Positions 22,343 to 30,632 of a stretch of DNA of 36,994 nucleotides are shown here, one piece after another. The notes under the pieces were generated by a model that searched no databases, was not told where the DNA came from, and saw only the letters and a program-made list of their open reading frames with translations. Made by a program: the position numbers and the translations under genes. Source of the DNA: Pseudomonadota bacterium (lineage in GTDB: Bacteria > Bdellovibrionota > Bdellovibrionia > Bdellovibrionales > SG-bin7); NCBI GenBank assembly GCA_034439715.1, contig JAWXAY010000098.1, forward strand, positions 1 to 36,994, in the 5' to 3' direction. Numbering within the stretch: the stretch's first letter is position 1; the number at the start of each line of letters is the position of its first letter.

Positions 22343-24327
22343 CTTCGGATTCTTTTCCAACCAAAGATATGCCCAAGACTAAGTTAGAATGGGCGCTTTG
22401 GTATGCAGAAAAGGAAATGTTAGTCTTCCCATTAATAATTAATAACAAAGAGCCATTAGTAAGAAGATTTCAAGTTCTGGCCACAACTGATCCCAAACAG
22501 ATTAAAAAATGGTGGACCAAATTTCCAAATGCCAACATTGGCGTTCTTACCGATTACAATTACGATGGTAAATATTTGAATGTTGTAGATGTGGATAATA
22601 AAAATGGAGCCTCAGGTTCAGATACCCTTGAGGCGCTAGCCGATGTTGACAAAGTTTTACCTCCAACCTTTACAATACAAACACCTTCATGGGGCTTCCA
22701 TTACTATTTTTTTTCCGACGGTCCAATAAAGAGCGCGGCGGGAACGCTGGGCATCGGACTCGATACAAGATCAGAAGGTGGGTATGTAGCTGGAGCGGGC
22801 TCAACTTACTCAGTTGATGGAAAACTAGTTGAATATAAAATATTCATCGACAATGAAATCGCCGAAATGCCTTGGTGGGTTGCCGAAATGGCGCCAAAAA
22901 CTAGTAAGGCTAAAGAGGTTTCAGGCGCCAGCGGAAAAGTTGAAGGCATTAATCAAGAGATAGCTAAAGCCCGCGCCATAAAATATTTAAATAACTTACC
23001 CGAAACTCCAGCGGGAGAGAGAAATGACACAGGCTTTGAGTATGCCTGTAAAATAAAAGACTTTGGATTGCATATTGCGGCTAATGCTGAAGTAATGAAA
23101 ACACATTGGAAAACAAAGACCCCAATGGAACATGATGAAATAATAAAATTTGTAAACAGCGCTTACAAGAATGGCCAGAACGAACCAGGGTGCGATCCCT
23201 CTGCCGAAGATGAGTTTGAAGTAATTGAAAAAAGCCCTGAAACTCCAATTGAAAAAAAAACCGAAGCTCCAGTAACAGAGAATAATATCCCTCAGAAAAA
23301 AAAATATTTCCCCTATGGGGTCGCTGGGGAGATGCCAATCGAAACTGACGACAACTATTTAATTATGAACACTTTGGACCGCGGTGATCTAAGTATGCTT
23401 TACGGAGCTCCTGGCGGTGGAAAAACAACGGTTGCAATGTCGCTGGCACATCATATTGCCATGGGGATAGATTGGAATGGCAGAAAGGTAAAGCAAGGCG
23501 GCGCTATCATTCTCACTCTCGAAGGTAAGTACTCTGCGATAATGCGAATACAAGCGCAAATAAAATACATGAATTTAGAAAATAAGTTTATCCCATTCTT
23601 CATGATTACAGGCCCATTTAGTGCCTTATCGAAACCAGATGTTGAAAAACTTATTAACACAATATTTGAAATTGAGAATAAATATCAGATAAAAATCGAA
23701 GTCCTAATCGTAGATACACTATCGAGGTCTACGGCTGGTAATGACGAGAACAATGCTAAAGATGTGAGTATGGTTGTGAAGACTTTCGACTTTATAAGAG
23801 AATTGGCAAAGGTCGCCATTATTTTAATTCATCATTCGGGAAAAGATAAATCAAAAGGCGGGCGCGGTAGTAATGCCCTTCTTGGTGCCGTTGGTACGGA
23901 ATTTATGGCCGACAAAATTGATAACCAACATCAAATCTTTTTTACGAAGCAAAGGAATTACGAATGCGCGCCTCCGATAGCTTTTAATTTAAAACCAATT
24001 GAATTGGGGCACAGTAAATCTGGCAAAGTTATCACTTCTGTTGTGGCAGAATTTACTAATATTGTTGATGCAAAAGAATTTGATAAGAAGCCCCTCGTCG
24101 GCAATGCGGCTGATGTTTACAACACTTTGGCTAAATTACTCCATGCAAAAGGAAAGTCTGGACTTAGACCATCCATAACTAGGGAGGATTGGCGCGTTAC
24201 ATATCGGACAACTTATTGTGCTGCAAAAACTGAAGACAGTGCACGCAGAGCCTTCGAACGTGGCTTAAGTAAATTGGTTTCTGAAAGCTATGTGGAGGAA
24301 AAAAATGAACACTATTGGATCAACTGA
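22339..24327 (+). CDS. Bifunctional primase-polymerase fused to AAA_25 (RepA-like) helicase
   Basis: Prim-Pol motifs VFPL, ATTD...W, ANIG, VVDVD, TPSWGFHYYF; PriCT-like GERND; Walker A GAPGGGKT; LIVDTLSR; IHHSGKD..RGS. Confidence 0.9.
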   Translation: MTSDSFPTKDMPKTKLEWALWYAEKEMLVFPLIINNKEPLVRRFQVLATTDPKQIKKWWTKFPNANIGVLTDYNYDGKYLNVVDVDNKNGASGSDTLEALADVDKVLPPTFTIQTPSWGFHYYFFSDGPIKSAAGTLGIGLDTRSEGGYVAGAGSTYSVDGKLVEYKIFIDNEIAEMPWWVAEMAPKTSKAKEVSGASGKVEGINQEIAKARAIKYLNNLPETPAGERNDTGFEYACKIKDFGLHIAANAEVMKTHWKTKTPMEHDEIIKFVNSAYKNGQNEPGCDPSAEDEFEVIEKSPETPIEKKTEAPVTENNIPQKKKYFPYGVAGEMPIETDDNYLIMNTLDRGDLSMLYGAPGGGKTTVAMSLAHHIAMGIDWNGRKVKQGGAIILTLEGKYSAIMRIQAQIKYMNLENKFIPFFMITGPFSALSKPDVEKLINTIFEIENKYQIKIEVLIVDTLSRSTAGNDENNAKDVSMVVKTFDFIRELAKVAIILIHHSGKDKSKGGRGSNALLGAVGTEFMADKIDNQHQIFFTKQRNYECAPPIAFNLKPIELGHSKSGKVITSVVAEFTNIVDAKEFDKKPLVGNAADVYNTLAKLLHAKGKSGLRPSITREDWRVTYRTTYCAAKTEDSARRAFERGLSKLVSESYVEEKNEHYWIN

Positions 24328-24349
24328 ACTCAAATATATGAGACTTGGT

Positions 24350-24552
24350 CGGACAAAAGCGTTTGTCCGCCGGACAACATTTCGGACAACATTTCGGACA
24401 GCCTCGGACAAAAGCGGACAAAAATCTAACTTTGTAAGTGGCGGTAATATTAGACTTATTGAGCGTCGGACAAAAACGAACAAATATGAACATCTAAAAC
24501 TTACACTCCGGACAACCACTTTCTCTCTCTGGAAGAGAGAGAAAGATGTTCG
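24350..24552. repeat. Putative replication origin: CGGACA iterons plus 12-bp hairpin
   Basis: CGGACA at 24350, 24371, 24383, 24395, 24405, 24415, 24467, 24509 and one inverted at 24364; CTTTCTCTCTCT-GGA-AGAGAGAGAAAG at 24519-24545. Confidence 0.75.
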
Positions 24553-24858
24553 GGCAAGGATAATTAAAGGGATTATTAAATGGCTAATACATACTAAATA
24601 TACCCCAGATTTCCGAAAGTTCCCGCGCGCGTGCGTGATTAGTTTTCCGCCCCCCCTAGAAACGCTTACCTGCCTCGTGCGTGAGAAAAAGCGCGTTTCT
24701 AACATGGCTGGGTCCCAAATCACGGTCCCATTTGAAGCTGATCAAGCGGTAAGACATGGGTTTGATTTATTTTTAGCTAACTTAGAAATCGGTTTACTAG
24801 ACCGGAGACTCATAACAACTCATAAGGCATCACAACAAATTAACGGAGGAAAATTAAA

Positions 24859-25488
24859 ATGAATTTGTTTCTAAATAAAGACGAAAAAGCCCAGGCAGCT
24901 TTGGCGACCCTTGAAACCATTGAGGCCGACCACGCTTCATTGACCGAAGAGCTGCGTTTAGCTGATCTAGAGGTGGGTCGGTTGGATTTTGAGAAGACCA
25001 ATGGCGAAATGGTGGACGAAGCCTTAAGTGAAGCCAGGCGGAGGCTTAAGAGCTTAAGAGAGCTAGTGTCATCAAAAGCATCGTCAAGAAAATGGGCCGA
25101 AGACTATTATCGCAAAGCTATCGAAGCCGCGAACAAAGCGAAGAAAGCGGGCGTAGACAAACTATGTCGCGATGTTCTCAACGACAAAATAGGTCCAGCA
25201 TCAAAAGAAATAGATCGATGCATTGAAGACATTGCGGTCCATTGGAAAACCATAATTGAAGGAGTCCACTTTCTATCCGATAATTTGAAGGATAAAGACT
25301 GTCCAGTGACGTCTAGCTCACTAAGCCCAGACGCTTTAGGTTCAGCGCTCCGTGAATACCTTGGAAAGCAGGGATTGCCCGGATCGAAGCGTGGCATAAC
25401 CCCTGACTCACAAATCTTGAAGTTTTCAGAGAAGGCAGCGGACGGAATTGGATGGGCAATGCGCTTCTGCCAAGAAAAATCCGTATGA
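24859..25488 (+). CDS. Coiled-coil hypothetical protein
   Basis: 209 aa, GGAGG RBS, heptad-rich N-terminal half. Confidence 0.8.
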   Translation: MNLFLNKDEKAQAALATLETIEADHASLTEELRLADLEVGRLDFEKTNGEMVDEALSEARRRLKSLRELVSSKASSRKWAEDYYRKAIEAANKAKKAGVDKLCRDVLNDKIGPASKEIDRCIEDIAVHWKTIIEGVHFLSDNLKDKDCPVTSSSLSPDALGSALREYLGKQGLPGSKRGITPDSQILKFSEKAADGIGWAMRFCQEKSV

Positions 25489-25805
25489 CTTGCAAACAAA
25501 AAACATTTGGACATTCCAAAAGACCCGGCCCCCCGGCACCGTACCCCCAAAGTTGCGAGTCCGATGTCTGTATTACGTACCCCTTACCAACACCATTTAT
25601 TTTTTATTATTTTAATTTTTTTATTGAGAAATTTGCAATGGGTTGTGTTTATCGCAACGCTCGAATTTGTCTCTCACTATTGGCAGATTTATTTTCAAAA
25701 AAATATATAGAAATTTCTAGCAAAAGGCAACTTATTACTGTTACAAATCCCAACCGATTTAAATTTATTAACCTTTTTATATAATTTTTTCTTAAGGAGA
25801 AAAAT

Positions 25806-25985
25806 ATGAAACGTAAAGCACAGAGTATAGCAACTAAATGGCAAAAGAGAGTTGTCGAGGTCAAAGAGTTTATAAAACAGTGGGGTAAAGCTCAAGATGA
25901 ATTACGCAAGGCCAACGAAATGTTGGACTATTTAGATAAAAATTCGCCCTTCAAAAAAGCGTCTTTGTTACGGGGGAGTAAATGA
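25806..25985 (+). CDS. Small basic hypothetical protein (59 aa, not in ORF track)
   Basis: AAGGAG RBS; MKRKAQSIATKWQKRVVEVKEFIKQWGKAQDELRKANEMLDYLDKNSPFKKASLLRGSK; ATGA overlap with the next gene. Confidence 0.7.
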   Translation: MKRKAQSIATKWQKRVVEVKEFIKQWGKAQDELRKANEMLDYLDKNSPFKKASLLRGSK

Positions 25986-26422
25986 AACCAGAAACTAAAC
26001 TTCCAACAGACCGCTACGGGGCCAGACTTTTTATAGAGTTGGTAGGTCAAGCTTTGAAAGAATATGAGAAGTACAATCTTTCTGAAGGTAGAAATGTTAG
26101 CCGAGCTACCCCTGCCGATTTGGCCGCCTTTAAATTGTCCGACCTTTTAAACGCTGCCATGTCATGGGGCCCAGTGGAACCAGAAACTAAACTTCATGAC
26201 CCAATAATCACAGCCCACCCGGACACGGTTACTGAAATTAGTCACTGCCTAGATTTTTTGAAAAAGGAATTAAGCCGAGTGACTCCTAGTCAAGTGGCTC
26301 CTAGTGAAGAGTGCACTATACCTCACGAATTTCTATGGGGGGCCATTAAGCTTCAGCGCCTAACATTTTTTGGAAGCAAGAATGAAACGATAATGGATTT
26401 TAGTGGAGGGGAGAGGCATTGA
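25982..26422 (+). CDS. Hypothetical protein (C-terminal half paralogous to the next gene)
   Basis: 146 aa, GGGAG RBS, translationally coupled. Confidence 0.75.
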   Translation: MKPETKLPTDRYGARLFIELVGQALKEYEKYNLSEGRNVSRATPADLAAFKLSDLLNAAMSWGPVEPETKLHDPIITAHPDTVTEISHCLDFLKKELSRVTPSQVAPSEECTIPHEFLWGAIKLQRLTFFGSKNETIMDFSGGERH

Positions 26423-26682
26423 AACAGTTCACTAAAATTGAATGTCCGGTAGTAATTCTTAGCAGAGAAACACTCTCTGATATTGATGAGACACTCACAT
26501 ATTTAAAGGGGCTAGTAGAAGAGAGTAAGACTGGCACTAGCGAGAAATGCATTTTGTCTGGCTTATTTCTCAAGGGTGTTTTTGATTTACATTATTTTGC
26601 AGCGGTTGGAGTTAACTGCGAGGCGGCACTTTTACATCTTAAAAAGGAGGAAGAAAATGAAAAAGCACTCAGTGGTCATTAG
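26419..26682 (+). CDS. Hypothetical protein
   Basis: 87 aa, TTG start after GGAGG/GAGG, overlaps the upstream stop. Confidence 0.7.
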   Translation: MKQFTKIECPVVILSRETLSDIDETLTYLKGLVEESKTGTSEKCILSGLFLKGVFDLHYFAAVGVNCEAALLHLKKEEENEKALSGH

Positions 26683-26782
26683 AGTTAAAGGTCTGAAAAG
26701 GCAGTTTGAGTATATTAAAGTACTTTCTGAACTTAAGCGTAAAGGTAAGTTAAAGGGCGTATGGTATATTTCTTTAAATTAG
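26657..26782 (+). CDS. Small basic hypothetical protein (41 aa)
   Basis: AGGAGG RBS, ATG 26657, MKKHSVVIRVKGLKRQ... Confidence 0.5.
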   Translation: MKKHSVVIRVKGLKRQFEYIKVLSELKRKGKLKGVWYISLN

Positions 26783-26979
26783 TTTTTAGTATTGAGCCCC
26801 TGTCGTTCAGAAGCCAGCAAAGCTTTTGGCAAAGCGACAAGGGTTCATTTGTTCCTGCTTCAACAATTTTGCCGGGTCCAATTTCCTGCCCGACGAGGTT
26901 GTATGAAGCAGGAACTTTTTTAATAATGATATCTGCTTAGGGTTGAGCGGATTTTTATAAAGCCATTGGAGGGCAGAGC

Positions 26980-27264
26980 GTGGAGCAGTCGAAATTACTG
27001 ACAAGGACGGAGCTAAAATACATTGATGAGCTTTTTAAAGTTAGAAATGCGGTTAGAGCCGCAATGAATATTGGTTGGGGAAAGTATTCAAAGAGTCAGG
27101 CTTGGCACTATTTGCATGAGAATTTTTTAACTACTACGGAAATTCGGCGGCGGGACCCTAGGCTAATTTTCGGGGGGCCAAAGCGCATAGAGGGCTTTCT
27201 CATGTGGGGCGCTAGAGATGGCCTTTTAGATCCTGAAACTTTTAGTGAGAGTCAGAATGACTGA
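26980..27264 (+). CDS. Hypothetical protein upstream of terS
   Basis: 94 aa, GGAGG RBS, overlaps the terS start. Confidence 0.7.
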   Translation: MEQSKLLTRTELKYIDELFKVRNAVRAAMNIGWGKYSKSQAWHYLHENFLTTTEIRRRDPRLIFGGPKRIEGFLMWGARDGLLDPETFSESQND

Positions 27265-27814
27265 TAAGAAAAAAGGTAAGAAGCCAGGACTCAATATTAA
27301 GCAGGCAAAATTTATTGAGAGATTAGCAGAGCATGGTGTTCAGGTGCGGGCGGCGGTCGAGGCGGGATACTCGCCTAAAAGTGCTAACCAACAAGCTTCA
27401 GAACTACTTCATAATTATCCAAAAGTTAAAGAAGCAATTGAGGGCATTACTAAAAAAGTTTTTGATAAGGCAGAATACAATGTCGAGAAAGCGCGTGCAG
27501 AACTATACGCACATATTGCAGGCGCTATAGCTGATAAGCAGTGGTCAGCAGTCTCAAAATTACAAGATAGTCTAATTAGATTAGCAGGCCTTTACCAAGA
27601 TAAACTCACACTTGAGCGTCATGAAGTTGTCGATGTTCACATGGCAATATTTGAAGCCAGAAATAGAGTTGCAGGAGATTTAGGTACACAGCTTGGCCCA
27701 GATTTTAAGCGCTGGCTTAGTGTCGATGAATTAGAAAAGTTAGCAGAACCAAAAAAAGAAATAGAAGAAAAAGAAATAGAAGCGAAAAAAGAAGACCCAG
27801 ATATTTTTAAATAA
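27257..27814 (+). CDS. terS: Terminase small subunit
   Basis: LNIKQAKF...AAVEAGYSPKSA..QASELL..PKVKEAI, the classic TerS HTH. Confidence 0.88.
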   Translation: MTDKKKGKKPGLNIKQAKFIERLAEHGVQVRAAVEAGYSPKSANQQASELLHNYPKVKEAIEGITKKVFDKAEYNVEKARAELYAHIAGAIADKQWSAVSKLQDSLIRLAGLYQDKLTLERHEVVDVHMAIFEARNRVAGDLGTQLGPDFKRWLSVDELEKLAEPKKEIEEKEIEAKKEDPDIFK

Positions 27815-27830
27815 TTTAACAGGAGGATTT

Positions 27831-28508
27831 ATGTCAGAAGATAATGGAGTGGCAATTGGTGGTTGGTCGGAAGCCGTATCATCAACTGATTCAAACACTC
27901 AGACCCAGGCAGTACCGCATCAATCGGGCGGTTGGTCTCCATCGGTGCAAACTCACCTTGCGAAAGCAGAAGTTGAAAGCGGGAGACTTTCACGCGAACA
28001 AGCTAACGAGATGTTAAGAAGTTCAGGTATCGCGGAACTTCCAGCGGCTCAGAAAGCCACGCATGAGCTAGATATTCACTTTCCAAAAGCTGAGTCCACA
28101 CAATTTCAGATCCCTTCAAATGGCGTTCTAGATTTAAATAAGTCTGAGGGTGCAGGTCTTCACAATGATCTAAGGAACTGGTTATCGACCGCTGAGTTTA
28201 CAAAAGAAATTGGCAGTCACGTTGCCAGTGAAATTGGAAGTTTTGACCATGAGGGTTACCAAAGGATGGGCGATGCTGAGAAAACCTTATTTGAAGCGAG
28301 CGAAGACGATAAGTTTTTTAAGGTCTTTGGCAACGACTCTGAAAGGAAGCTAGCCTTGGCCGGTGAGTTAATTCGCGAGATTGAAGTTAAGAGGCCTGGC
28401 TTCATAAACTTTCTTGAGAGATCTGGCTCAATAGACCGCGCTAGTGTTATTGCGCAATTTGCGATGCAGGCAGATAGGTTGGACTACAAAAAATCGAGTC
28501 AGAAATAG
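27831..28508 (+). CDS. Putative capsid scaffolding-like protein
   Basis: Disordered N-terminus. C-terminal KVFGNDSERKLALA...FLERSG..DRASVIAQFA resembles the EWG.DY..NL..A...L...GLG..P.VI..FA pattern of podovirus scaffolds (by eye). Confidence 0.5.
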   Translation: MSEDNGVAIGGWSEAVSSTDSNTQTQAVPHQSGGWSPSVQTHLAKAEVESGRLSREQANEMLRSSGIAELPAAQKATHELDIHFPKAESTQFQIPSNGVLDLNKSEGAGLHNDLRNWLSTAEFTKEIGSHVASEIGSFDHEGYQRMGDAEKTLFEASEDDKFFKVFGNDSERKLALAGELIREIEVKRPGFINFLERSGSIDRASVIAQFAMQADRLDYKKSSQK

Positions 28509-28562
28509 ATATTATTTAGTTCACTTTTTTAGTAAAATTAATAATTAACAAGGAGGTATTTT

Positions 28563-28949
28563 TTGGGTTTTTAAAGAGATTTTGTTAGAAATCCAGTAAG
28601 AGCAGTCGTTGAACCAGTTGTCAATTTAGGTCGCAGGAATAGAAATGCTGGCGACAATTTAAATGCCATAAACCAAGACATTGCCGCGATTGATCCCACT
28701 GAAGAATTTTTAAATAGAGATGCTAATAACCAAGACCGTAATCGGATAGAAAATGCTCAAGCTGAAGTTGAGGCGGATAAAGGAAAAAGGGTTAGACAAT
28801 CCGAAGATCGTGCGGCTTACTTAGCAGAAGAAGAGGCCCGCATGGCTCAAGGCCGTAAACGCGGGCGCCTTTCTACCCTACTTTCAGGCGGCGGCCAGGG
28901 CGTTGCTGGCGCTGGAATGTCTTTAAGACGAACTTTATTAGGTAATTAA
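28563..28949 (+). pseudogene. Podovirus-type small virion-associated protein with in-frame TAA at codon 4
   Basis: AGGAGG RBS; TTG GGT TTT TAA, then 124 open codons ending GRKRGRLSTLLSGGGQG...RRTLLGN. Confidence 0.65.
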
Positions 28950-28977
28950 ATATTAATTAACAACAGGAGTTTTTTAT

Positions 28978-29202
28978 ATGGCAACACGAAGGTACAAATT
29001 ATCAGTGGGTGAGAGTGAGTTTCAGGTAACTGAGGAGGCGGGCGCAGCGGTAAATTCAGACACAGTAGAGTTAACCGTTGAATGCGCGACTACTGCGATA
29101 AACGAAGGTGCGAGTACGAGGCAACCGCATCGAAGTGAAGTGCTAGATGCACTTAACCACATTAAGAATCACATTATTAAAAGTAATTGGCCCCCGGTAT
29201 GA
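28978..29202 (+). CDS. Small phage-like protein (possible head accessory)
   Basis: 74 aa, AGGAG RBS, MATRRY...ELTVE...EVLDAL..I...WPP. Confidence 0.7.
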   Translation: MATRRYKLSVGESEFQVTEEAGAAVNSDTVELTVECATTAINEGASTRQPHRSEVLDALNHIKNHIIKSNWPPV

Positions 29203-29269
29203 TTAGCGTGTCGGGGGTTCAATTCCCTGCTTCGCTACCATTTTTATTAATTTTTAGGAGGACATCAAA

Positions 29270-29788
29270 ATGATACCAATGGTTTTAGCTATGGGCACTT
29301 TGGTTCAGGCAATGGGAGCGAAACAATCAGGAGACGCTCAAGAAAAGCAATCCAGATATAACCGCTTAATGGCACTTCGTAATGCTCGTGAGGCTAGAGA
29401 AAAAGGTCTTAAGGATGAATCAATCTTTAGAACACAGGCCACTCGTTCACTCGGTGATATGAGAGCGAGTTATGCTGCAAGTGGTGTGAACTTCGAAGGA
29501 TCAGCTTTAGACGTCTACGCTGAGAGCGTAGCGAACGTGGAGCGTGACGCCTTAGAAATTAAACACGGGTCGGAATTGCGAGCTAGAGCGTACGAGAGCG
29601 ATGCTTACCTTGAGGGTGAGCAGGGCAGGAATGCTAGACGTGCTGGCCAGTTTGGAATGCTGAGCGCAGTAATGGGCGGAGTTTCACAATACGCGGCGGG
29701 AATGAAGCATCCAACAAAAAAGAGGCCCAGCATCGAAAAGGTATTAAAATCAGAAGATGTTGCTATTTACCCGCGAAGGAATGCTTAG
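29270..29788 (+). CDS. Internal virion / ejection protein, T7 gp14-like
   Basis: Hydrophobic N-terminus, Ala/Gln-rich helix, G.MRASYAASGV..EGSALDV motif, Gly-rich hydrophobic segment near the C-terminus. Confidence 0.7.
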   Translation: MIPMVLAMGTLVQAMGAKQSGDAQEKQSRYNRLMALRNAREAREKGLKDESIFRTQATRSLGDMRASYAASGVNFEGSALDVYAESVANVERDALEIKHGSELRARAYESDAYLEGEQGRNARRAGQFGMLSAVMGGVSQYAAGMKHPTKKRPSIEKVLKSEDVAIYPRRNA

Positions 29789-29791
29789 GTA

Positions 29792-30058
29792 ATGTCTGAT
29801 TTAACTACAAAAGAAAAACTTTTAGATCGAAAGATCGCTTATTGCCAAGCCTTCAGTGACGAAGGGGCTTACAGGGGAGTGTTGGAAGACCTAGCGGTCT
29901 TTTGTAAAGCAGATCAATCGGCATTTGACCCGATCGAACTAACGAATGCTAGGAACGAGGGCCGTAGGGAAGTTTGGCTTAGAATTCAAAATCATTTACA
30001 GCTCACAGAAGAACAACTGTGGGAGCTATATTCGAGACCAAAAGCAATTAAACTTTAG
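29792..30058 (+). CDS. Bbp19-like podovirus protein
   Basis: Y...F...G..VLEDLAVFC....F......ARNEGRREVWLRI motif. Confidence 0.72.
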   Translation: MSDLTTKEKLLDRKIAYCQAFSDEGAYRGVLEDLAVFCKADQSAFDPIELTNARNEGRREVWLRIQNHLQLTEEQLWELYSRPKAIKL

Positions 30059-30085
30059 ATAGATTAATAACCAAAGAGGAACAAT

Positions 30086-30367
30086 ATGCTAAGACTTTGC
30101 AAAGAAATAAAAACTGGAAAATTAGTTAACATAGAAATTTTAGAATCTGAAATTCATAAATTTAACGATTGGCTTATATATGGCCCTGCCTTTCGCGATG
30201 AAGCTGGAAAAGTAATCCAGGCAGAATTTATTGATCTGAATGTTAAAGGCAGACCATTTGTGAATATAGAAAAGATTGCGTTGAAAACTAAGCACAAAGA
30301 CGCTGGTCTTTCATTTTCGAATGCTAATAAGCGGCCTAAACCTTCGGACCGAAATAATCATCGCTAA
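30086..30367 (+). CDS. Hypothetical protein
   Basis: 93 aa, GAGG RBS; last gene of the rightward block. Confidence 0.65.
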   Translation: MLRLCKEIKTGKLVNIEILESEIHKFNDWLIYGPAFRDEAGKVIQAEFIDLNVKGRPFVNIEKIALKTKHKDAGLSFSNANKRPKPSDRNNHR

Positions 30368-30632
30368 AGCCCCGCGGTACTGGATCATTATTATCGGGCA
30401 TAAGGCCCGATTCTATAAAGACGACTTCCCAGCGAGTTAATTTTTTCCCAGCCTTTGCGTCGTCTAGTAATTGGCGACCTCGGCCCATACGCCTTTTAAA
30501 TTGGTCTTCTGAGTTTCCGCTATTTATTATGGCGGATTCAATGTCCTTAGCATCGGCAAAGAACAGCTCGCCATCTTTTTTCCAAAAGGTAAATTCAAAG
30601 GGTGGGATATAGTCATGTCGCCTTGGACTCAT
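30336..30632 (-). CDS. Hypothetical protein coupled to SRAP
   Basis: 98 aa; ATGA overlap with the SRAP stop codon. Confidence 0.65.
   Translation of the reverse strand: MSPRRHDYIPPFEFTFWKKDGELFFADAKDIESAIINSGNSEDQFKRRMGRGRQLLDDAKAGKKLTRWEVVFIESGLMPDNNDPVPRGFSDDYFGPKV

Noticed and set aside
24265..24862. ORFs 24290-24862 (+) and 24265-24723 (-) as real genes
   Set aside because: They run through the iterons (RTTFRTTFRT is just the translated repeat) and show no recognisable domain.
28565..28574. Programmed -1 frameshift at G GGT TTT
   Set aside because: The -1 frame reaches TAG within a few codons; the long frame is the zero frame.
27811..30085. Shared TTAA..TTAACA.GGAG motif before late genes as a specific regulator site
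   Set aside because: Adequately explained by AU-rich leaders plus Shine-Dalgarno sequences; too degenerate to support more.
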